A stretch of DNA of 64,000 nucleotides from Octopus vulgaris (GCA_951406725.2 OX597830.1:75206001-75270000), one strand, 5' to 3'; shown: positions 1-12,278, numbered from the stretch's first letter. Numbers and translations are program-made. The notes: generated by a model not told the origin, from the letters alone.

Positions 1-19
1 TGTAGAGAGCTACATAAAT

Positions 20-390
20 TATTTCAGTCATGTGACACTGGCCATGCTGGAGCACCGCCTTTAGTCGAGCAAATCGACCCCCGGACTTATTCTTTGTAAT
101 CTAATACTTATACTCTCGGTCTCTTTTACCGAACTGCTAAATTACAGGAACGTAAACAGACCAACATCGGTTGTCAAGCGATAGTGAGGGAACAAACAGA
201 CACACACACATACACACACACATATGTATACGACGGGCTTCTTTCAGTTTCCGTCTACCATATCCACTCACAAGGCTTTGGTCGGCCCGAGGCTATAGTA
301 GTAGACACGTGCCCAAGCTGCTTCACAGTGGGACTGAACTCGGAACATGTGGTTTGTAAGCAAGCTACTTACCGCACAGCCACCAATGCG
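20..390 (-). mobile_element. tRNA-derived CORE-like SINE, family 1, near full length
   Basis: Minus strand has a tRNA-like head (TGGCTGTGCGGTAAG A-box, GTTCCGAGTTCAGTCCC B-box), a MIR/CORE-like CTTGGGCACGTGTCT segment, an internal CA/TG tract and the conserved tail GGCGGTGCTCCAGCATGGCC. It matches many other copies in the window. Confidence 0.85.
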
Positions 391-461
391 CGCGTATTTT
401 TTAATAAATATTCTTGAAATTAATCCTATGTAGCGCTAAAAATCGTCGGAGATAGTTGTCA

Positions 462-637
462 GGGGGCAGTTTAGTCTAATGGTAAGGCACTCAGCCGGTG
501 TCTTCGGGGATATTGGTTCGACTTCCATGTCTCTTTGTCGACATCTTTTCCTACCTTGTCAGGGTAATAATACCTGATTTTGATGGGTATATTGGGCTTC
601 GTATATTTGTACCCGAGAGTCACTCAATAATAATAAT
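462..637 (+). mobile_element. Putative tRNA-headed SINE ending in (TAA)n
   Basis: A-box-like TAGTCTAATGG (472-482) and B-box-like GGTTCGACTTCC (515-526). Segment 581-623 is homologous to the 3' end of the element at 656-1193. It ends in CAATAATAATAAT. Confidence 0.5.
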
Positions 638-655
638 GTCAATAGCAACTATGAT

Positions 656-1193
656 ATTATTATTCATGCCATAAAAGTGACACTAGTGTAATATATACGA
701 AACCCTATATACCCACCATGACTACCCATCTGATAAGGATACACCAGGTACATGCATCAAATACATATGTGCGCAACATAGTGATTTCATATCAAGAAAA
801 AACAGTGCATGATCTTGCAGGTAGAGCACAGATAGAAGATTTTAGGTCATACCGCTCAAAAGGTTCCTGAAAAAGGCTCGTTTGAGGATGTTGAACGAAA
901 CACCCATGTTTCCAGATGTGAATTATTCGAATCTTATAGAATTCCTCTTGACACATGGCTATGAGGCTCCTCCATTATTTCTGCTCGTGATCAGATAAGC
1001 AAATATTTTCTGCCACTAAGGGACACGCTCAACTAGTGAAGGACAAACAACTGGCAAGCAAATCTGTGGTAGTGAGCAGAATATTTGCTGTAGCCCATCT
1101 TTTATAGCAAGACAAAACATATAAATGATAACACTTCCAATCAGTTAAGATCAGAAGCCATGAGAGCCACTACTTAGTATTGCCTCAAGGCAT
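656..1193 (-). mobile_element. ~540-bp non-coding interspersed element flanked by TTA/TAA repeats
   Basis: TTA repeats lie on both sides. Partial copies at ~2381-2510 and ~42779-42832 also lie at or near (TTA)n. Confidence 0.6.
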
Positions 1194-1204
1194 TATTGCT
1201 GTTG

Positions 1205-1274
<70 letters not shown>

Positions 1275-1286
1275 CATTATTATTAT

Positions 1287-1757
1287 TCAGTAGTTTTTTT
1301 TATAGTGTGCTTTCACTTCACTACCGAGCGCAGCTCTGTGTGCCTTGGGTATGTGCTGTGATTTGTTGTGATGCTCTGATGGTTATTGTATGGGAAGTGT
1401 TCTGCGTAGGATGTGTGCAGTTCCTAGTAATGCAATTTTCTATATGTTATATGTGTTTGTAAGTCCTGGTGTTTTTGTTATGTATTTGTCTGAATATTTT
1501 TTCATCATGCCTAATGCACCTACTATGATAGGAATTGTTGCTGTTTTTAGATTCCACATTCTGGTGACCTCTATTTCCAGGTCTTTGTATTTTGAAAGTT
1601 TCTCCATTTCTTTTAGAGACACGTTGTCATCTGCCGGTATTGATACATCAATTAGAAAGCATTTTTTTCTTCATGATCTCTGACAACTATATCTGGTTTG
1701 TTGGCCTTAATTTCTCTATCTGTGTGTATCGGCATATCCCAGAGTATGGTTGCTTTA
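1287..1757 (-). mobile_element. R4/Dong-like non-LTR retrotransposon 3' fragment (RLE domain plus 3' UTR)
   Basis: Translates as ILWDMPIHTDREIKANKPDIVVRD..CFLIDVSIP..EKLSKYKDLEIEVTRMW..IPIIVGALG..LLGTAHILRRTL, a PD-(D/E)xK RLE with an in-frame stop. The 3' end runs into (TAA)n. Confidence 0.88.
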
Positions 1758-1804
1758 ACCCATCAAGGTTATCTTTTGTAGTTCACGGAGATTGGAGTTA
1801 CCAG

Positions 1805-2085
1805 AGAGTTACTTAATATACTTATCATCTCCCTTCTTTATGATTCCTAACGCAGCAATCACTACTGCAATTATCGTAGTACTTGGCTTCCATTTTTCTC
1901 TTTTTTTATTTCAGTTTGCAGAACATTTTAGTGAGGTAGCTTTTCGTAATCTTTTCTTGGGACATTTTGATCTTGTGGGACTGACATATATATTAATAGA
2001 CAAGTTACTCTGTTGTAGCCCTTGATTACAATATCCGATCGATTGTAGTCAATTTTTTTGCCTGTTTGTATTGGGAAGTTCCAAT
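1805..2085 (-). mobile_element. Older, degenerate R4/Dong-like RLE fragment
   Basis: Minus-strand translation WNFPIQTGKKIDYNRSDIVIK..CLLI...IIAVVIAALGIIKKGDDKYIK, with stops. Confidence 0.65.
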
Positions 2086-2086
2086 T

Positions 2087-2360
2087 TTCTTCTTCTTCTT
2101 CTTCTTCTTCTTCTTCTTCTTCTTCTTCTTCTTCTTCTTCTTCTTCTTCTTCTTCTTCTTCTTCTTCTCCTTCTCCTTCTTCTTCTTCTTCTTCTTCTTC
2201 TTCTTCTCCTTCTTTCTTCTTCTTCTTCTAGTTCTTCTTCTTCTAATTATTATTATTATTATCATTATTAATATTATTATTATTATTATTATTATTATTG
2301 TTGTTGTTGTTGTTGTTATTATTATTATTATTATTATCATTATTATCATTATTATTATTA
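2087..2360. repeat. Compound (TTC)n-(TTA)n-(TTG)n microsatellite
   Basis: Directly visible. Confidence 0.95.
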
Positions 2361-2928
2361 TGAATTGTGAGAGTATTGATTAGGGTACACCAGGCACATG
2401 CATCACAATCATATGTGCGCAATATGGCGATATTATATCAAGATAAACAACACATCACCTTGCAGCTGGGGCCCACTTAAAATTTTCTTCATGTTGAGTA
2501 GCAATTCCCGCTTGCCCAAGGTGCCTTGCAGAGGGACTGAACCCGGAACCGTGTGACTGGGAAGCAACATTTCGACCTTTTTCCTCTGCCGTAAGGCTTA
2601 ATTCCTAACACGGCCAGCTGAATTCAATTCGTCTCCAGTCGAAAGACGCTTGTTGTGATGTCCTGTTACTATTATTTTGTATTATTTTTGTATTTATATT
2701 CGTGTAACATCGTCCCTTTTCCTTCCTTGTTTCATATACATTCGAAGCTTTTTTCCAAGGAATCTAATGTTCTTAGCTTATTTTTTCCTTGGGGCCGGCT
2801 ACATTGGAGCAATCTCAAGAGTAATCAGCCGAAATTGCGAGGATGATCCGGTTCTTGACTGAAGATTAAAGGCTTCGAATGACCCGTCCGTGTTTTTTTT
2901 GGTATCGTCTTCTGCCCCATTTTGTATA

Positions 2929-3021
<93 letters not shown>

Positions 3022-4002
3022 ATACATGTCCTTACGTATATATAATTCTGTATGCATATATAAATATAGATACCGACACACATATATATCTGTATATGTA
3101 TGCGTATATGTATATATATATAAATTACGTGTACTTGCATTTCTTCCTCTCTTACTCTCTCATTATCTTTGATACGTGTGCGAACGTGCTTGTGTGTGTG
3201 TGTGGGCGAGCGCTCACGCGCGTGTGCGTATGTGTATCTGTCTGTCTGTCTGTATGAGAGAGTGAGAGTGTGTGTGAGAATTTAGAAATTTATATGGCGC
3301 TAAATTTTGAATTCGCGTCGCTGCTTCTGTTGGGTTGAATAATTCGAAGCATCAGTATAAACGTTTATTACTAATTAAATATATAAAACAAACACCATAA
3401 ATAGCTTTTACACAAACACACTATTATATAAACATACGCACGCAAAATCACACGTACACATGGACAAACACACACGCGCGCACACACATCAAAACGCACA
3501 GAAGCGCAAAATCCCCAAAATATGCAGACATGGAAATAAAAAAAGAATCAAGTGAAGAGTTGTATTCATAACAAAATATCCGATTGAGTATTGATCATTG
3601 TTAAATGTTACAGACACATGCATACGCACACAAAACTGTGTATGTATATATATGTATGTATGTATGTATGTATATATAAATATATACATATACATTTTGT
3701 TTTGGGATTTGGTTTGCAAGATTCTTTATATGAGTTCGTGTGTTGAAGCATATTATGTTGTGTCTGAGGAGAGTCATTCTCATTTAGTGCCTTATTATTT
3801 AACACACTCACCGGTAAAATTTTCACTTATTCCCACAGATTGACTCTAAGTTCAAGAAAATTTAACTGCTATTTCTTGCAGGCTGCAATTCCACTTAGAA
3901 AAACCATCCTTGATTCGCTTGTGTTGAAAGTATTTACCGGTGGAAATGGCTTGTACACTGCGGTCGACATAAACGACGATATACTGTGAAGTCAGTGTAC
4001 AT

Positions 4003-4165
4003 AGGCTCAGGCGTGGATGTATCGTAAGAAGCTTGCTTCACAAACGCATGGTACCAGCTTCAGTCCCAATCCCGGCAGCTTGGGCAAATATCTTCTACTA
4101 TAGGCTCGGACCGACCAAATCCTTGTGAGTGAATTTGGTAGACAGAAACTGAAAGTCGCCCGTAG
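4003..4165 (+). mobile_element. SINE family 1, 5' half
   Basis: AGGCTCAGGCGTGG...TTGGGCAAATATCTTCTACTATAGGCTCGGACCGACCAAATCCTTGTGAGTG matches the family consensus. Confidence 0.75.
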
Positions 4166-4671
4166 TCTGTATGTATGCGTGAAAGTGTGTGTGTATATAT
4201 ATATATTTATATTTATATATATATAATCTCATACACACACACGCGTATATAGACGTATGTATGAACTTTTCCTGTACGCGTGTGTGTGTATGAGTTTGTA
4301 TATATATATATGCGTATACATTTGGCGAAAAATGCGAGTGAAGATGTGTAAGTTTTCATAGTGACGTATACGTAAGCACGTGGGTCCGCGAGCGCACATG
4401 TGAGCGTATGAGTAGCCATGTTTACGTGTTTACTATGAACTTTTAATCTTAATTTATATAAGTAGCGGAATTATAAGACAGTCATTTCCCTTTATATAAC
4501 GGTATTTTTTCATAGCGTTTTTTCAGATGGCCAGATAACCGAAGAGACGGTGTTGTGGATTTCCACTTCGGCATCTGAAACTCAGAGTTTTATCTTGACT
4601 ATAGAATAATGGTAACATATTAATTTACAGATATATTTATATTTATATATATATTTCTTTTTTGTTTTTTT

Positions 4672-4868
4672 TCATTTACTTGTTTCAGTCATTTGACTGT
4701 GGCCATGCTGGAGCACCGCCTTTAGTCGAGCAAATCGACCTCAGGACTTATTCTTTGTAAGCCTAGTACTTATTCTATCGGTCTCTTTTGCAGAATCGCT
4801 AAATTACGGGGATATAAACACACCAGCATCGGTTGTCAAGTGATGTTAGGTGGGGCTAACACAGACAA

Positions 4869-4870
<2 letters not shown>
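4672..4870 (-). mobile_element. SINE family 1, 3' half
   Basis: Nearly identical to positions 20-200 (CAGTCATTTGACTGTGGCCATGCTGGAGCACCGCC...). Confidence 0.85.
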
Positions 4871-4954
<84 letters not shown>

Positions 4955-4957
<3 letters not shown>

Positions 4958-5125
4958 GGAGTAAGCACATAAATGTGAAATGAAGTGGAAAAAAAGAGTA
5001 CTCGAATACCAGAGGTAGAGTAATATTTGATTATATCGTCATTTCTTTTCCATTCTAACAAAACTGTCCTATGAACGGGAACATGAAACTCTGAGCAACA
5101 GTTTTTGTGATATTTCTGCTGCTTT
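4955..5125. mobile_element. Penelope-like terminal-repeat remnant with a degenerate hammerhead motif
   Basis: 4955-5035 is the reverse complement of ~34375-34445. 5062-5104 reads AACTGT-CCTATGA-ACGGGAACAT-GAAA-CTCTGAGCA-ACAGTT and matches ~34290-34345. Confidence 0.5.
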
Positions 5126-5469
5126 TGAATACAGTATATGTGCGTATGTGTGTGTAGTGTGTGTGAGTGTGTGTGTGTAGTGAGTGTGTGTGTGTGTGAA
5201 ATACATTAAATACAACAAAACGTACAGGTAGGACAGACATCAGGACCCTAAATCTTAATCAGTTATCAAACATCCCGACTTTTATTAACAGTTTGTATAC
5301 ATGTATGTATGTATGTATGTATGTATGTATGTATGTATGTATGTATGTATGTATGTATGTAGCTAGGTAGGTAGGTAGGTAGGTAGGTAGGTAGGTAGGT
5401 AGGTAGGTAGGTATGCATGTATGTATGTGTGTGTATGTATGTATTTATATATGTATGTCTATATCTGTG

Positions 5470-5685
5470 TGTGTCTTTGTGCCTGCGTTTGTCCCCGCCT
5501 GCTAACAAGTGTTGTTGTGTTTACGTCCCTGTAACATAGCAGTTCGGCAAAAGAGACCGATAAAATAAGTACTAGGCTTACAAAAATTGATCCAGGGGAA
5601 GATTTGTTCGACTAAAACCGGTCAAGGCGGTTCTCCAGCATGACTGTAGTCAAATGGCTTAAACAGGTAAAAAAATTAAAGAATA
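5470..5685 (+). mobile_element. SINE family 1, 3' half
   Basis: GTTCGGCAAAAGAGACCGATAAAATAAGTACTAGGCTTAC...GGCGGTTCTCCAGCATGACTGTAGTCAAATG. Confidence 0.8.
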
Positions 5686-6268
5686 ATAGAATAAGTAACA
5701 AAAAAGCTTTCCAGTCGTGACATTTACCACCTGTTACAGGTAAGTTGAAGTACGTGAACTAATTTCGTTATATAAGATGGTGGTGTTTGATTTGACATAG
5801 ATTTCATTTCTATTTCTCGCTAGCTGAGTTACCACGTAAAAACTTCTTTGTTAATCCTGTTTATGTTTTTCGTGTAGTTAATGTTATTCTTAATGTTGTT
5901 GCTATTCCTTAGCCTTAGTTGGGCTAAGGCCCTGATTGAACAAAACTATGTTCAGGGGCCTTCCATTCGTGGCTATCCTTTTTTTGTACTCAATATGCAG
6001 GAAAACCAGTGTTACATTGAAGCAAATTTAGCTCTATTTCTAGCAGATTCAGCAACCACGTATGACCTACCTCTTTTATTTTTGAATCATGTTGATGTTG
6101 TTATTGGTGGTGCTGATGGTGATTCTGATGGGGATGGCTATGGGAGTGGTGGAGGTATTATTAGTTTTGCTTGGCGTAAGATAAGGGCTGGCTGCGAGTT
6201 GGATACCGTATAAAATTAAACAAATTACACACACACACACTCACACAGGCATGCAGACACACAAGTAC

Positions 6269-6299
<31 letters not shown>

Positions 6300-6445
6300 A
6301 CACACACATACACACACACAAACACATACACACACGTCTGTTTACTATATGAGTGTGCGTGTGTACCTATATATATACGTATGCATACATTAACGTATAT
6401 ACACAATATTTACATATATATTTATGTGCGTCAGTATGTGCATGT

Positions 6446-6507
<62 letters not shown>

Positions 6508-6559
6508 ATAGATAGATAGATAGATTGATAGATAGATAGATAGACAGACAGACAGATAT

Positions 6560-6610
<51 letters not shown>

Positions 6611-6659
6611 TATAGATAGATAGATAGATAGATTGACAACATAGACAGACAGACAGATG

Positions 6660-6710
<51 letters not shown>

Positions 6711-7776
6711 GATAGGTAGATAGAAAGATTGATAGAGAGAGTGAGAGGGAGAAACTGAGAGAAAAACATCTATGTATACACACACACATATATATATATT
6801 CTATTATATATATACATATATATACACACTATATATATATATATATATATATACGTGTGTGTTTATCAACACATACACACACACAAACACACACACATAT
6901 GAACACAATAATAACTCAGAATAAAAAAGAACCAAAATCTGTCAGAAAGAAAGAAATTGCGCTTAATTACATAGAATCAAAATTCTTTAGCAACGTCTCT
7001 GGGCAATGATTGTATAATGGCGTCACAAATTTGTTACACAACGTCATTTCAAACTATCGTAACAATTTCAGCATTACCGAAAAATCAAATTACCGAATCA
7101 TACGCATGCAGCGAAAATGTGTGTATGTCGATGTATGTATGTATGTTTATGTCTATGTGTGTGTTTGTGAATTGGTGAATGTGTGTGTGTGAGTTTGTGT
7201 TTGTCTGTGTGTTGATATATTAATGTATATTTATTCACATATGTGTGTGTCTGTTTATGTGTGTGAGTAAACAATATATATATCCATTAAGTTATTTTGA
7301 CAGCGCGAAAGATGGAATCACTTCAAACGAATCGGTGCTAGAATAAATCGTGCAATATAAAATGTCTCGTATAATCAACCCGGATTCGAAACTACGTCGG
7401 AAAGTCAACTTGGTGATGCGTTGCACCAATACTTTACTTATTTGCCCTTACGGCACTAATAAATTGCATTTAATCTCAGAACAGGAAGCAAAATCGACTC
7501 TAGACAAAGAAACGGTGATTAAACTTCTTGAGTTTGCGGAATTTTGGAAATATAAAAAAAAAGGTGACGAATAAAAAAAGAAAATATCAGGCTAAAATAG
7601 TGGATCGAACTACTTTTAAAAGACTGCTGAGCCGTCAAATACTTTTCCCCTTAAAATTGGTTGTCTTCTTCAACATTTTTATTTCTAAGGTACGACTTTT
7701 ATTGAATACCATGTTATATTGTTATATGTGCCAAAGAAATATATATATATATATATATATATAGGAATATATATAT

Positions 7777-7973
7777 AGGAAGAGTTTACGAAAAGAACAA
7801 AAGACGAAGACAGGTGGTGTACAAAACAAACAGATGTATTAGAATAACGTTCAGGAATAGAAGAAGTCTTTTACGTTTCGAGCCTACGCTCTTCTACAGA
7901 AAGGGACACAGAAAAAACAAGGAGAGAAACAAGGAGAGAAAAAATGTGTCTAGTGGCTAAAGATCTATCATGG

Positions 7974-8007
<34 letters not shown>

Positions 8008-8165
8008 TTGAAATGTATAGAAAAATAATAGACGAAGACAAGTGTATGAACAACACGCTCGGGAAAATAAAAATGCCTTTCACGTTTCGGGCCTACACTC
8101 TTCAACGGAAAGGAATAAGAGAAAATGAACAAAAATGAAATGATAAAAACCTGTAGATTTAGCGG
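7777..8165 (-). mobile_element. Two tandem copies of a ~160-200-bp (TA)n-embedded repeat with a hammerhead-like motif (Penelope-like remnant)
   Basis: Copies at 7777-7975 and 8004-8165, with homologues at 34028-34165 and 38659-38838. Minus-strand motif in the first copy: CTTT-CTGTAGA-A-GAGC-GTAG-GCTC-GAAA-CGTA-AAAG. Confidence 0.6.
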
Positions 8166-8184
8166 GAAAGCATACTCTTATACT

Positions 8185-8670
8185 CTTTTATTTCTTTCAG
8201 TCATTTTACTGCGGCAATGCAGAAAAAAAAAATTTATACTTGACGGGGTTCTTTCAGTTTCCATGAACCAAATCTACTCACAATTTGATCACCCCGGGGC
8301 CATACTAGACGACACTTGCCAAAAGTGTCATGCAGTGAGACTAAACCCCGGACCATATGGTTGGGAAGCAAACTTCTTACCACACAGCCACGCCGTTTGT
8401 AATTCACTTCAAGTATCTTTCATCTTTTACTTGTTTCAGTCCTTAGACTGCAGTCATGTTGGAGCACCATCTTGAACTTATTTTATTTTATTTTATTTTA
8501 TGTCGAATGAATCGATCCCAGTACTTCGCTTTTTAAGCCTCGCATTTATACTATCGATCTATTTTCTATTTCCGTCTACCAAATCCGCTTAAAATACTTT
8601 GGTCAACCCGAGTCTAGATGAAGACACTTGCCCAAGGTGCCAAGTGGTGGATCTGAAACCAGAATCACGT
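8185..8670 (-). mobile_element. Two degenerate SINE family 1 copies
   Basis: GACACTTGCC(C)AA..GTG..., CTTACCACACAGCCACGCC and GGAGCACC motifs. Confidence 0.7.
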
Positions 8671-9261
8671 ACACTAGGAAGCAGAGAAAACAAATGATGT
8701 CAGAGATGTTAGAAAAAATTTCATTGTATCTATCTATGGCTGTCTCGATGACTCACACAAAATAGATTAACAACCAAATATTAATTACAAACTTATTACT
8801 GATTCTAGTTTTAAAACTCATTTAGTTGAATGTGATGTGGGAGTCATTTCATCCGAAATCATTTTTGGAATACGAAAATTTCCTACCAGAATACATACTT
8901 AGATGTATGCAGTCACTCACACATACATTCATATACGCACACGGGCAGGCACACACAGACAGACACACACACACACACACACATACACACACATACATGC
9001 ATTCACATATGCCCATATATGCATGTTTGTACACCTCTCCCCACATATCCCATTAATACAGTTACATAGATACGAGATAGTAGCTAGAGGTGTTTTACTC
9101 GTGATTGCAAGATCGCGGTTTCGATTTCACTTTATTTAGCCGAAACAAGTGTTACTGGGTACCATGGTACTACCAATGATCCGTCGAATCGGTGGCAATA
9201 ACACCTAACTCGAGAATAATTACATCAGTATTTACAGAGACGTTTGAATCAATTTTGTAAA

Positions 9262-9417
9262 GTAGGCGTGGCCGTGTAGTAAAGAAGCTTGCTTTGTAAT
9301 CACTGGCTTTGAGTTCCAATGCGTGGTACATTGGGCAAGTGACTTCTACTATAACACCGGTTTCACTAATGTCTTGTAGTCGAATTTGATTGACGTAAAC
9401 TGTATGGAAGCTCGTCT

Positions 9418-9502
<85 letters not shown>

Positions 9503-9620
9503 CTTTATGCTTAAGGTTGTCACTACACACCACTAATTTCTTGATAATGATAAAGGTTTCTTTACGTCTACTGATGTAGCTGTTCGGCAAAAGATATCGA
9601 TAAAATAAGTAGGAGTGTAA
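9262..9620 (+). mobile_element. Degenerate SINE family 1 copy
   Basis: GGCGTGGCCGTGTAGTAAAGAAGCTTGCT...TTGGGCAAGTGACTTCTACTATA...GTTCGGCAAAAGATATCGATAAAATAAGT. Confidence 0.7.
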
Positions 9621-10034
9621 AATATATGTACTGTAATTGATTTCTAACATGAATTAGATGCAACACTAGTTTTGTAAATGTGATCAATTTGTTGTGAAAC
9701 ACTCTTTTGATGGCCTCAAATGTAAAGCCAGCATGTTCACAAAGAGGATTTCTTCACGATGACAACAACGATCAAACGATACTTTGATTCTTCAAAGCTT
9801 TCTGTTCTTCTTAACTTGAAAAATCTAAATCTAGCGCTTTCTGTGTTTCATTCTCCGAAGGTGAAAGCCAGAAGAAATATGATCTACCCATCGTGAGTTA
9901 CTGCAGCAGAGAATTTACAGTATTATCTAATCTGGTGACCTTACCTCCTTAAACATCTTACAATGGATTGTAATCGTTTAAGATGAACGCTAACGGGATC
10001 GCCCAAAATCAGTATGCGAGTGTCACAATATTTT

Positions 10035-10460
10035 TTACTCTTTTACTCTTTTACTCTTTTATTTGTTTCAGTTATTTGACTGCGGCCATGTTGGAGCACC
10101 GCCTTTAGTGGAGCAAATCGACCCCAGGTCTTATCCTTTGTAAGTATAGTACTTATTCTATCGGTCACTTTTGCCGAACCACTAAGTTACGGTGATGTAA
10201 GCACACCAGCGCTGGTTGTCAAGCGATGTTGGGGGGGACAAACACAGACACACACACACAGACACACACACACACACCCACACATATATATATTCATATA
10301 CATATACACGACGGGCTTCTTTCAGTTTCCGTCTACCAAATCCATTACAAGGCTTTGGTCGGCACGAGGCTAAGAAGACACTTGCCTAAGGTGCCACGCA
10401 GTAGTACTGAACCTGGAACCATGTGGTTGGTAAGCAAGCTACTTACCACACAGCTACGCC
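10035..10460 (-). mobile_element. SINE family 1, full length, with a (TTTTACTC)n tail
   Basis: High identity to 20-390 and 33515-33930. Confidence 0.88.
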
Positions 10461-10574
10461 AATGTGTAACAATTTTTTCTATTCTTTTTTTTTTTTTTTT
10501 TGCTCTTAGGTTCAGGTTTGAATGTGTGGTAGGAATCCATGTTTCTGGTTTCAGTTTCGACGCATAGTAACTTA

Positions 10575-10890
10575 GACAAGTCTCTTCTACTATAGGCTTG
10601 AGCCGACAAATGGTTTGTGAGTATTTTCGGTAAACGGAAACAGAAAGAAGCCAGTGGTATATATCCATGTGTGTGTGTGTATGCGTGGGTGAGGGTGTAT
10701 GTGTCTTTATATTTGTGATTGATCCCCACCTCCGTTTGACAATCGACGGTACTTTGTTTGCGTCCCACAGCATATTTGTTCGTTGAGACGCCGATAGAAT
10801 GAGTACCAGGCTTTAAAATTTGGCACCGGTATCTAATTATTCGATTAAGCACTTCAAGGTGGCAACAATCCAGTAACTGAAACAAGAAAC
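10575..10890 (+). mobile_element. SINE family 1 copy, inverted relative to its neighbour
   Basis: CTTCTACTATAGGCTTGAGCCGACAAA...ACGGAAACAGAAAGAAGCC...CCGATAGAATGAGTACCAGGCTT. Confidence 0.7.
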
Positions 10891-11538
10891 TTTTATATCC
10901 TGGTTTTGCATATATAATTTAACGAAGCGGGGAGAAAGAACGTATTCACACGGCACACTACTATTACTGTTACACGAGCTTAAACGCTCTCTGCCAACGG
11001 TTCACAGTGAACTGTCTACTCTGAACTGCTGACAGTTCTTTATTCTATAGCAACGTGTCAGTCCACTTTTAGTTAATTTGGGTGGTCGGAATCCTACCAG
11101 AAAACTACCAGATAAGTTTGCTGGGAATTTTACCCCGGAGTCTGAAGAGAGAGATAATGCAGCATGATATAAGAAAGAAGCAGACATTTATACATAGAAA
11201 CATATCACAGAAGTACTGAAATGGTACTATAAGGGTATCTAACTTGGTGACCACCCACGCACTCAATATTTTCCAGGCCAGCATGATTTTACAGAAATTC
11301 AAGTTGAACAGAAACAGTACAATCTGTAGCATTTCTGTGAGAGAATTGAAGGCCTTCGCTTACAATGAGCTCTTCTTATTCAGACAACAAAACAAAAAGA
11401 AAACAATGTAGATCAGGAGAACCATCGTCCAACGAGAGTTGTAACACCAACAATATCATAATAGTAACAACAGCAAAAAAAAAAACGAAAGTCGGAAACA
11501 AAGTAGATTAAAAGATATCGGACAATATGATACATACA

Positions 11539-11581
<43 letters not shown>

Positions 11582-11608
11582 CTCTCTCTCTCTCTCTATC
11601 TATATATA

Positions 11609-11656
<48 letters not shown>

Positions 11657-12234
11657 CACACATATATGTATATATGTATTTATGCATACATGTGCATACA
11701 TACTTGTACATAAATACATATAAATGTATACATTAGAAGACTGGATTAGAAAAGAGTTAATAGAGATGGAGCAAAAACAAATTAAATACACAACAAAGAG
11801 AATATGAAATAAATATATGACAGATGGAAGATCAGATCAGAGCACAGATTGTAAAGTCTTGCGTGGCCTTGAAATGAATATGTGAGACACTTTAGTATTG
11901 TAAATATGCAAATATATGCATGTAACTGTTTGTGGAGGATGCGAGATTGTATGTGTGAATGTTGTAAGAGAATGTATGATTGATGACTGTATATGATTGT
12001 GGAGATCTGAGAATAGAAAAATTTCTATTTTGAAAGCGAAAGTGAAAGTACAACTCGTGATGCTGGTTTTTAAATGAAGATTTTCAAAAGAGTTTGTAGA
12101 CCATATTTTCATATTAATTTACACATATTAATGTGAAGAATCTATTAGAGCCACATATATAAACATACACTGGCACAAACGAACATTGATTTTTACAAAT
12201 ACAGTGCCATACACACACACACATATCTATATGT

Positions 12235-12278
<44 letters not shown>

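Noticed and set aside
5881-6213. 110-aa ORF with a signal-peptide-like start
   Set aside because: It overlaps degenerate repeat fragments and a (TGG/TGA)-type low-complexity tract, with no recognisable homology.
9655-11440. Faint RTE-LINE-like peptide hints at ~9690-10000 (-) and ~10930-11400 (+)
   Set aside because: Too degenerate to support without a translated profile search.
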